The notes under the pieces were generated by a model, which had not been told where the DNA came from, did not search any database, and worked only from the letters and a program-made list of their open reading frames with translations. Position numbers and translations under genes: made by a program. Positions 26,377-33,455 of a stretch of DNA of 47,522 nt are shown here, one piece after another; the stretch's first letter is position 1, and each line of letters opens with the position of its first letter. The DNA is from Actinomycetes bacterium (GTDB lineage: Bacteria; Actinomycetota; Thermoleophilia; RBG-16-64-13): contig JAJZQZ010000002.1 of NCBI GenBank assembly GCA_021802965.1, positions 1-47,522 on the forward strand, in the 5' to 3' direction.

Positions 26377-27293
26377 GGTCGGAGGTGGGACTCCACGGTG
26401 CTCGGGCCGCGGCGCAGATGATCGAGCCAGCCCTCGTCGCGCAAGAGCTGAAAGAGCTCCTCCGCGGCCTCCTCGCCGCCGGCTCGGACGAGGCGTTCCT
26501 CGCGGCGGGTCACGGCGCCCCGAACCAGCTTGAGGATCCGGTCGAAGGCGGGCAGGGACGAGTCGGGCGCGGTCAGGGGGTGCAGCTTCGGCCGGGGAGC
26601 GCGCGGGAGCGTCGTGTGGAGGGCGCTGTCGGCCTGGCGGATCCGCGCGAGGGGCACGCCAAGGTCGGCCAGGCTCCACACCGTGATGTCGGCGGTCGCC
26701 GCCCGCAGGCGGGCGGCGACAGGGATGTCTCGGGTGTCGGCCTCCGCCGGCGACACGGTGACTACCGCGGGAAGCGGGGCCGAGACCCGCTCGCGCCAGC
26801 CCCGAACCAGCGAGCGCTCGATCAGCAGTCTTCCACCCTCTCCCCAGCCGATATCGCCCGCCTGGGTGACACAGCACGTCCCCAGCGCTTCGGCCACGAG
26901 CACCCCGATCTGGCCTCCAGCTCCGAGGGGGCCGGGTGTGCCCAAGAGAGCCAGGTCGCACTCGAGAGCGGCGCCGGCAGCGGCCAGGATGACCGCCGCG
27001 CCTTGGGTGCGGGCCTCGGCGGCCTCTTCGTCCCAGATGCGTACCGCCCGGTCGGCGCCTTTGGCCAGGCCTTCGCGCAGCCACTCGTCGGCGCTCTGGG
27101 GCCCCAGGTGCACGAGGATGATCTCGATCTCGGGGCGGCCGATCCTCAGGCTCAGGGCGAGGTCGAGAGCACGGGCGTCGGCCGGTTTCACCCTGCAAAC
27201 AGACCACTCGGCGCGCACGCGTCTACTCGCGAGGTCCCGCTCGGGCGGTACCCGGAGGTCGAGGCCCAGCTCCTGGCACACCAGTATCTTCAC
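26373..27293 (-). CDS. fixA: Electron-transfer flavoprotein beta subunit (FixA/EtfB family), divergent, with a C-terminal extension
   Basis: Contains MKILVC, GADRAVRIWDE, DLALLG, GQIGVLVAEALG and LPAVVTV. At 306 aa it is longer than the usual length of roughly 250-260 aa. Confidence 0.82.
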   Translation of the reverse strand: MKILVCQELGLDLRVPPERDLASRRVRAEWSVCRVKPADARALDLALSLRIGRPEIEIILVHLGPQSADEWLREGLAKGADRAVRIWDEEAAEARTQGAAVILAAAGAALECDLALLGTPGPLGAGGQIGVLVAEALGTCCVTQAGDIGWGEGGRLLIERSLVRGWRERVSAPLPAVVTVSPAEADTRDIPVAARLRAATADITVWSLADLGVPLARIRQADSALHTTLPRAPRPKLHPLTAPDSSLPAFDRILKLVRGAVTRREERLVRAGGEEAAEELFQLLRDEGWLDHLRRGPSTVESHLRP

Positions 27294-27308
27294 CGGGTGA
27301 TCCTTCTT

Positions 27309-27584
27309 CTACGTGAGTCGGAAGCGCACACCGTAGCCTCCATGCGGGTAGTGCCAATCGAGCGCGCCTTGATCGCAGAGCAGCAGGCACGTGCCGCACT
27401 CGAGGCAGGTCTCGTACGCGAACTCGACGCGGCCGCGCTCCTCGCTCCACGTGTAGCAGCGGGCGGGGCACACGAAGGTGCACGCGCGGTGGGTGCACGC
27501 CTGGCAACGCTCGTGGTCGAGGCGGATGTGCGGCTCCGGGTGGATCCGGTAGCTGACCAGGTCGAACAGTTCGTCGACTACCAC
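27309..27584 (-). CDS. fixX: FixX-type ferredoxin-like protein
   Basis: 91 aa with CQACTHRACTFVCPARCY and CLECGTCLLLC. It overlaps the fixC end by 7 nt. Confidence 0.85.
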   Translation of the reverse strand: MVVDELFDLVSYRIHPEPHIRLDHERCQACTHRACTFVCPARCYTWSEERGRVEFAYETCLECGTCLLLCDQGALDWHYPHGGYGVRFRLT

Positions 27585-28885
27585 AGGAACGCCCTCCCTC
27601 CCTCGATGAGGTCGCCGATGACGCGCCGCAGCGGCAGGACATCCCGCAGCGCCTCCCGTCCCAGCTTGCCGATCTTCTGCTTCGGCTGTCCGTCCGACCG
27701 ATATATCTTCTCCATCAGCGTTCCCACCACCCTTGGGTAAGCCTCGAAGAGACGGTCGTGGTGCATGAAGTCGACGGCCCGGCGGAAAGTCGTCATGTCG
27801 CGGAGCACGAAGCTCTGCTTGAGGCGTTCCTGGTAGGCGCCGAGCCGGGCGGCGGAGAGATCGGCGGCGGTCAGGGCCTCATCGGTCACCTCGGCGGCGA
27901 TCATGCCGGATGTCATGGCCAGGTTCATGCCTTCCTGATTGAGCCCGTTCGTGTAGCAAAGACCGGCCGCGTCGCCCGCGAGCAGCAGCCCGGCGGTGGA
28001 GAGTCTGGGCACCATGCCGATGCCGCCCTCGGGGAGCAGATGCGCGGAGTACTCCACGAGCCGGCTCCCGCGCAGCAAGGGAGCCACGGCCGGTGACGCC
28101 ACGAAGCGATCGAGGAGGTCGTAGGGAGCCAGTCCACGCTGTTTGAGCGAATCCAGGTGCATGACCAGGCCGACCGAGAGGGTCTCTGTCTGGGTGTAGA
28201 CATAGCCCCCGCCGCGGATGCCGTCCGTGCAGCCGAGGACCTCATGGGTAGCCCCCTCTCGGCCCGTGAGCCCGAAACGGTCGTCGATCTCGGCTTCGCT
28301 TAAGCGATAGAGGGCGCGGATCCCCAGGGCCAGCTGGCTGGGCTTGAACCCGGCGTGCAGCCCCGCTTCTTGCGCGAGCAGAGAAAGGGTGCCGTCACAC
28401 GCGATGATTATCGGAGCCTCGAGATCGTCGCCCGGCGAGCCCAGGTTCACGCCTCGCACAGCCCCGTCGCGGACCAGCAGTCCGGCCACCCGGCACCCGC
28501 AGAGCAAGGTGACCCCTTGCTTCTCGGCCTGCTGCGCGTACCAGCGGTCGAACAGAGGGCGGTAGAGGGTGAAGCCGGTCAGAGCGCGTTCCGCTGAAGC
28601 GTCGGCATGGAAGGTCACCGAGGTCGACGAGGCCTCGCCCACCACCGTCAGCACCCGCTTGGTCACGGCCCGTTCCCAGGGAGCCTGCTCCCAGAAGTCG
28701 GGCAGCAGCCGCTCGGGAGTGGGACAGTACGCCATCATGCCGCCGAACATGTTCTTGCTGCCCGGGCTCTCCCCACGCTCGAGGAGCGCCACGCGTCTGC
28801 CCTTCTGGGCCAGAGTGAGGGCGGCGGTGGTCCCGGCGGGACCCGCGCCGACGACGATGGCGTCGAAGTCGCCGCGGTCGTTCAC
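27578..28885 (-). CDS. fixC: FAD-dependent ETF:quinone oxidoreductase (FixC family)
   Basis: GTG 28885 overlaps the fixB stop (GTGA). Contains the dinucleotide fold FDAIVVGAGPAGTTAALTLAQKGRRVALLERG. Confidence 0.85.
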   Translation of the reverse strand: MNDRGDFDAIVVGAGPAGTTAALTLAQKGRRVALLERGESPGSKNMFGGMMAYCPTPERLLPDFWEQAPWERAVTKRVLTVVGEASSTSVTFHADASAERALTGFTLYRPLFDRWYAQQAEKQGVTLLCGCRVAGLLVRDGAVRGVNLGSPGDDLEAPIIIACDGTLSLLAQEAGLHAGFKPSQLALGIRALYRLSEAEIDDRFGLTGREGATHEVLGCTDGIRGGGYVYTQTETLSVGLVMHLDSLKQRGLAPYDLLDRFVASPAVAPLLRGSRLVEYSAHLLPEGGIGMVPRLSTAGLLLAGDAAGLCYTNGLNQEGMNLAMTSGMIAAEVTDEALTAADLSAARLGAYQERLKQSFVLRDMTTFRRAVDFMHHDRLFEAYPRVVGTLMEKIYRSDGQPKQKIGKLGREALRDVLPLRRVIGDLIEGGRAFLW

Positions 28886-29877
28886 GAGCCTGCCCCTTCC
28901 GTGCCGGGGCCTCCGCCGGCCGCGGATGACCCCACGGCCTCCGGGGTGGGGGCTGCATCGCGCCACGCCTGGATCTTCCCGAGCAGGGCGGGGAGCACCT
29001 CCTCGAGCTCCGCGACGAAACCCACGTCCGAGAACTGGAACATCGGGGCTCGGGGGTCGTGGTTGACCGAGACCACCCGCTCAGCGCCGCGGATGCCCGC
29101 GACGTGGTGAGGCGAACCCGAGACCCCCAGGGCGATGTACAGGTCGGGCGCGACCGTCTTGCCCGTCTGTCCCACGAGTCGCTCCTTGGGAAGCCTGCCG
29201 TCGTCGACGACCGGGCGGGTAGCCCCGACCGAGCCTTCGAGCAGGTCGGCGAGTGCGCGGGCTTGGTCCAGCAGGTCCTCTCGGGCCGCGCCCGAGCCCA
29301 CCGCGACGATCCGCCGGGCGTGGACCAGGTCCACGGAGCGGGCGTCGGGCGCGAGAAGCTCGAGTCGCACGACCCCATCCAAGCCCGGGACCTCGAGATC
29401 CGCGCGCTCGACGGGCAGCTCGGCCGGGGGCGGCCCGCCTTCGGGATCGGCCGCGTCGACGATGAGGGTGACGACCTGTACCCGCCCGGGGGCGTACGTG
29501 GTCTCCTGCTCCAGCCACCCGCCCAGCGCCGGCCGGGTGAACGTCGGCACGCCTTCGGGGAAGGTGACCTGGGTGCAGCCGAGGAGGGCGCCTGTGCCCA
29601 GCCGATGGGCGAGCATCGGCGCCAGTTGCCGGCCGACATCCGAGTCGGGCAGCACCACGAGACCGACGGCGCTCTTGCTCACCCGGGCGGCCAGGGCTTC
29701 GGCCACGGCCTCGAGACGGTGAGGCGCCACGTCCGTCCAGGTCCACGCCGCGGCGGCGCCGCCGGCGGCTTCGGCGAGGCGCAAAGCCTGGGCGACCAAG
29801 GGGTCTCGCTGCGCGCCGTCACCGACGGAATCGGCCTCGGACGGCTCCAGCACGACCAGGATCGCGGGACCGTTCAT
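28882..29877 (-). CDS. fixB: Electron-transfer flavoprotein alpha subunit (FixB/EtfA family)
   Basis: ATG 29877 overlaps the upstream stop (ATGA). The FAD-binding C-terminal domain reads GATRPVVDDGRLPKERLVGQTGKTVAPDLYIALGVSGSPHHVAGI. Confidence 0.85.
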   Translation of the reverse strand: MNGPAILVVLEPSEADSVGDGAQRDPLVAQALRLAEAAGGAAAAWTWTDVAPHRLEAVAEALAARVSKSAVGLVVLPDSDVGRQLAPMLAHRLGTGALLGCTQVTFPEGVPTFTRPALGGWLEQETTYAPGRVQVVTLIVDAADPEGGPPPAELPVERADLEVPGLDGVVRLELLAPDARSVDLVHARRIVAVGSGAAREDLLDQARALADLLEGSVGATRPVVDDGRLPKERLVGQTGKTVAPDLYIALGVSGSPHHVAGIRGAERVVSVNHDPRAPMFQFSDVGFVAELEEVLPALLGKIQAWRDAAPTPEAVGSSAAGGGPGTEGAGS

Positions 29878-31823
29878 ACCCTCTTGCCGGCCATGTAGCC
29901 CTCGTGGATGGCCATGTCGACCCGGCGCGGGGCGACACAGTCGCCGATGCGGTACAGCTCGGGCACCTTGCCCTTGAGGGCGAAGTAGAGGCCGTCGTCG
30001 GCGTCGTTGCCCATGGCCGTCACGACGCTGTCGTAGCCGCCGAGGACGTCCCACACGTTGGAGTACACGTTGAACCCGTGGATCTCCGTGCCCTTGATCT
30101 CCATGACCGCGAAGTCGGGGGTGAAGGTGACTCCCTTCTGCAGCAGCCGCTGGCGCGTGAGGTAGAGGTCCTGGGACGGGCCCAGCTCGGCGCCCACGAA
30201 GAGGCTGGACGTGATGACATGCACCTTCTTGCCCAGCTCGGCCAGGAGCTCCGCTGTGGCCGTCGCCTGATGGTGGCCGTCGTAGTCGATGAGCACCACG
30301 TTCTCGCCGAGGTCCGCTTGGCCCATCAGGACCTGCCAGACGTTAAAGACCTTGGGTCCGTCGGCTCCGCCGACGGGGCAGGCCTTGGGACGAGAGCCCG
30401 TGGCCACGATGACGGCGTCCGGGGAACGGTCGAACAGTAGCGCGGGGGTCATCTCCACGCCCAGCTCCACCGGCACGCCCAGATGCTTGAGCTGGTTGCG
30501 CTCGTTGCGGACGATCACACCGAACTCCTCGCGGCCGGCGCCCTTCACGGCCAGGAGGATCTGCCCTCCGAGCTCCTCTCCCCGCTCGACCAGGGTGACG
30601 TCGTGGCCGCGCAGCGCGGCCGTCTTGGCCGCCCACATGCCGCCGGGGCCGCCGCCCACCACGAGCACACGCTTCTTGCGCAAGGTGGGCCTCAGGTTGG
30701 CTTCGCCCTCCGTGTCCTCGCATCCGACGGCCGGGTTCTGCACGCATCCGATGGTCTTGTTGAGCCCGACGCGCCCGTAGCAGTTCTGGTTGCACGCGAT
30801 GCAGTAGCGGATCTCCTCCGTCCGGCCCTGGCGCGCTTTCGAGGCGAAGTCCGGGTCGGCGATCTGCCCCCGGACGACGCCGATCATGTCGGCTTGACCC
30901 TCGGCGAGCACCCGTTCCGCCAGGGTCGGGTCGTTGATGCGGCCGGTGGCGAAGACCGGCAGGGTGGCCACCTCCTTGATGCCCGCGGCCAGAGGCACCG
31001 CGTAGCCCAGGGGCAGGTGGAGCGTCCCGCCCACCAAGTACAGGTTGTAGAAGGTGGAGAGGGTCAGATTGAAGAAGTCGAGGCCGCCCTTCTCCTGCAG
31101 GTACTGAGCGATCTGTTTGGCGTCGTCGAGGGTCAGGCCTCCGGGGATCAGCTCGTCGGCACAGAGGCGCACGCCGAGAGTGAAGTCGGTCCCCAGGGTC
31201 TTGCGCACGGCCGCGATCAGCTCCACGGCGAACCGGAGGCGGTTCTCGAAGGCTCCGCCGTATTCGTCGCTTCTGAAGTTGGTCAGCGGCGACATGAACT
31301 GTCGGGCCAGCGAGCTGTGTCCGAACTGCAGCTCGACCCCGTCGAAGCCGCCTTCGCGCACGTGGACGGCCGACCGGCAGAAGTACTCGATGACCTCCAC
31401 GATGTCCTCGGGCTCCATCGCTTTGGGGGTCTCCCGGTAGAGGACGTCGGGGATGGGAGAGGGCGCCCAGACCGGCAGGCGGGAGAGGCTGCCGCTGCAC
31501 TGCTGCCCGTTGTGGTTGAGCTGAGCGAAGATGCGGGTCTCGTAGGCGTGGACCGCGCGGGTGATCTTCTGGTAACCGGGAACGACCTGGGGTCGGAAGG
31601 CTTCGATCAGGTGCTCGTAGGCCCGGTCCGTGGGGTGGACCGACTGCTCCTCCGTGATGATGAGGCCGGCGCCGCCCCGGGCGCGCGCCGCGAGGTAGTG
31701 CATAAGGCGGTCGGTCGGCAGGCCGTCGGCGGCAAGGTTGGTGAGGTGGGCCGAGAACGAGATGCGGTTGGCGACCTCGACCCGGCCTATGCGCAGCGGG
31801 CTGAACAGGTTGGGGAACTGCAT
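29874..31823 (-). CDS. FMN/[4Fe-4S] OYE-family flavoprotein with a C-terminal FAD/ADP-binding domain (2,4-dienoyl-CoA reductase / trimethylamine-dehydrogenase family)
   Basis: Shows an OYE TIM-barrel N-terminal half, the Cys cluster CIACNQNCYGRVGLNKTIGC and an intact first Rossmann motif VLVVGGGPGGMWAAKTAALRGHDVTLVE. The second dinucleotide motif is degenerate (VVLIDYDGHHQATA). Confidence 0.85.
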   Translation of the reverse strand: MQFPNLFSPLRIGRVEVANRISFSAHLTNLAADGLPTDRLMHYLAARARGGAGLIITEEQSVHPTDRAYEHLIEAFRPQVVPGYQKITRAVHAYETRIFAQLNHNGQQCSGSLSRLPVWAPSPIPDVLYRETPKAMEPEDIVEVIEYFCRSAVHVREGGFDGVELQFGHSSLARQFMSPLTNFRSDEYGGAFENRLRFAVELIAAVRKTLGTDFTLGVRLCADELIPGGLTLDDAKQIAQYLQEKGGLDFFNLTLSTFYNLYLVGGTLHLPLGYAVPLAAGIKEVATLPVFATGRINDPTLAERVLAEGQADMIGVVRGQIADPDFASKARQGRTEEIRYCIACNQNCYGRVGLNKTIGCVQNPAVGCEDTEGEANLRPTLRKKRVLVVGGGPGGMWAAKTAALRGHDVTLVERGEELGGQILLAVKGAGREEFGVIVRNERNQLKHLGVPVELGVEMTPALLFDRSPDAVIVATGSRPKACPVGGADGPKVFNVWQVLMGQADLGENVVLIDYDGHHQATATAELLAELGKKVHVITSSLFVGAELGPSQDLYLTRQRLLQKGVTFTPDFAVMEIKGTEIHGFNVYSNVWDVLGGYDSVVTAMGNDADDGLYFALKGKVPELYRIGDCVAPRRVDMAIHEGYMAGKRV

Positions 31824-31826
31824 GGC

Positions 31827-32849
31827 CTAGGCCACCTCCACTGCGGATCGCAGGCATTCCGGGTCCGGCAGACCCAGGGTTTCGGTCAGGAAATACGCGA
31901 CCGCCGGGCACCCCCCGTGGCATACCGAGAAGCGGTCGCAGGCCCGGCAGGCGTCGACCTCGAGCTCCCGGAACCGCTCGAACACGGGGGAAGAGTCGAA
32001 GATACTCGCCAGGCTTTCGTCGACGACACTACCCGCGAGGAAGGCCGGGTCGCACAGGAAGGCGCAGGGATAGATCGACCCGTCGGGGGCGATCGCGCAG
32101 GTCATCTTGGCCGCTCCGCACATGTTGAGCCCCAGATGGCGGCGGCTGTCGGGAGCCAGGGCGAAGAAGGAGTCGCCGGTGAGGATCTCGGGCCGCTCGC
32201 CCAGAAACCGGGACAGCTCGGTGAGCTGCTGCCGGGTGAGGCGGTACTCGTCCCACGTGGCGCAACCCCCTCCCGACGGGCGGAAGCGGGAGAGGCGGGT
32301 CTTCGCGCCGTAGTGCCGGCACAGCCGGTCGAACTCGGCGATCTGGCCCACGTTGAGTCGGGTCACGACCATATTAAGGCTGTAGTGAGGGAACCCTCGC
32401 GAAGCGAGCAGCTCGATGCCCGCGAGGATCCGGTCGAAGGTGCCCCCGCCACGGATGACGTCGTTGGTGGCCCGATCGGACCCGTCCAGGCTCACCTGCA
32501 GGTAGAGCGATTCCATTGCGAGGAGCTCGTCGAGTAAAGCATGGTCCAGAAGGGTGCCGTTGGTGCTGACGCAGGTGGTGATGCCCCGGGCCTGCGCATA
32601 GCGCAACAGGTCGAGGAAGTCGTCGCGCAAGAACGGTTCCCCCCCGCCGAAGTTGACCTGGAACACCTGCATCCGCGCCAGCTCGTCGATGAGGGCCCGG
32701 CACTGGTCGGTATTCAGCTCGCCCTGACCGCGGGCGCGGAGGTCCGCCGAGAGGCAATGGCTGCAGCGGAGGTTGCAGGCCTCCGTTATCTCCCAGGTGA
32801 CGTTGACGGGAGCGTTGAGGCGGGTGTTACTCAGCTGGCGGTGCGGCAA
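31827..32849 (-). CDS. mftC: Radical SAM/SPASM peptide maturase, mycofactocin MftC-type
   Basis: Contains TWEITEACNLRCSHC (Cx3Cx2C) and C-terminal SPASM cysteines (CGAAKMTC...YPCAF...CRACDRFSVCHGGC). The apparent TTG start overlaps mftB by 23 nt. Confidence 0.85.
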   Translation of the reverse strand: MPHRQLSNTRLNAPVNVTWEITEACNLRCSHCLSADLRARGQGELNTDQCRALIDELARMQVFQVNFGGGEPFLRDDFLDLLRYAQARGITTCVSTNGTLLDHALLDELLAMESLYLQVSLDGSDRATNDVIRGGGTFDRILAGIELLASRGFPHYSLNMVVTRLNVGQIAEFDRLCRHYGAKTRLSRFRPSGGGCATWDEYRLTRQQLTELSRFLGERPEILTGDSFFALAPDSRRHLGLNMCGAAKMTCAIAPDGSIYPCAFLCDPAFLAGSVVDESLASIFDSSPVFERFRELEVDACRACDRFSVCHGGCPAVAYFLTETLGLPDPECLRSAVEVA

Positions 32850-33078
32850 CGATCAACCCTTTGTGCATCAGGTTCTGCAGGAGGCGCGACACGGCCGCTT
32901 CGCGCGGTCCTTCGAGCGGCTCGATTCCGAGCACACGCCGCTCTCCCGTGAACGGGGGAGGGGTGAGGCTGTCGCCCGAGCGCACGAAGGTCAGGTTGGT
33001 CGAGCGGGTGTCGTAGAAGAGCAGCCCGAACGACTCCTGGCGCACGCGCACCCAGTCGGGCACAACATACTCGGTCAT
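32827..33078 (-). CDS. mftB: Mycofactocin biosynthesis chaperone (PqqD/RRE-like)
   Basis: 83 aa with WVRVRQESFGLLFYDTRSTNLTFV, typical of MftB/PqqD-family peptide-binding proteins. It sits between the precursor and the radical SAM gene. Confidence 0.75.
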   Translation of the reverse strand: MTEYVVPDWVRVRQESFGLLFYDTRSTNLTFVRSGDSLTPPPFTGERRVLGIEPLEGPREAAVSRLLQNLMHKGLIVAAPPAE

Positions 33079-33124
33079 ACGAGCGGGCGTGGCGGTGGTC
33101 AGAGGAGCGGGAGACCCATCCCTG

Positions 33125-33250
33125 TCAATAGACGCCGCAGATACCGTCGACGGCCAGATCTTCGACCTCGATCTCTTCGAGGATGGCGGGCTCGTCGCAG
33201 TCGGGGCATCCGCCGTTCAGGACGTCGCCGTCGCTGGGGCAAGGATCCAT
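33125..33250 (-). CDS. mftA: Mycofactocin-type RiPP precursor peptide (41 aa), absent from the ORF track
   Basis: Hand translation of the - strand gives MDPCPSDGDVLNGGCPDCDEPAILEEIEVEDLAVDGICGVY followed by a stop. The RBS GGAGG lies 8 nt upstream. The C-terminus matches the conserved MftA ending (..VEEVSIDGMCGVY in mycobacteria). Confidence 0.85.
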   Translation of the reverse strand: MDPCPSDGDVLNGGCPDCDEPAILEEIEVEDLAVDGICGVY

Positions 33251-33276
33251 TGAGAAACCTCCGTGCGGGGTGAACA

Positions 33277-33297
33277 CCGGACGCCCCTCGCGTCCGG
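33277..33297 (-). promoter_or_regulatory. Hairpin in the mftA leader, 27-47 nt upstream of the ATG
   Basis: CCGGACGC-CCCTC-GCGTCCGG is a perfect 8-bp stem, extended to 9 bp by the flanking A76-T98 pair. Confidence 0.35.
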
Positions 33298-33329
33298 TAG
33301 TGCTCTATTGTCTCACGTTAATCGTGGAA

Positions 33330-33358
33330 CGGCGGCGAAGGCCTGGCCTCCGCCGCCG
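33330..33358 (-). terminator. GC-rich hairpin between the Zn-ADH gene and mftA (possible terminator or attenuator)
   Basis: CGGCGGCGAAGGCC / GGCCTCCGCCGCCG inverted repeat with one mismatch and no U-tract. Confidence 0.35.
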
Positions 33359-33368
33359 AGCGCCATGG

Positions 33369-33436
33369 GGCAGCTGAGAAGTGACGCTTCGCCGTCGGGC
33401 GCATTCCCGGCGGCCAGGGCTTCGATCTCAGCAGCC
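33369..33436 (-). repeat. Short, internally deleted form (68 nt) of the TIR-bounded repeat seen at 437-596
   Basis: Read on the - strand it is GGCTGCTGAGATCGAAGCCCTGGCC...GCGCCCGACGGCGAAGCGTCACTTCTCAGCTGCC. The left ~27 nt and right ~37 nt align to the two ends of the 160-nt copy. Its own 11-nt termini are inverted repeats with one mismatch. Confidence 0.65.
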
Positions 33437-33455
33437 GCCCATGTCGGGCCTCAGA

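Noticed and set aside
24868-27207. 779-aa ORF that could be read as one giant glycosyltransferase fusion.
   Set aside because: The first 277 codons overlap fixA in another frame and are Arg/Pro-rich nonsense. A GTG at 26376 overlaps the fixA stop (GTGA) and gives an MftF-sized protein with the expected N-terminal region.
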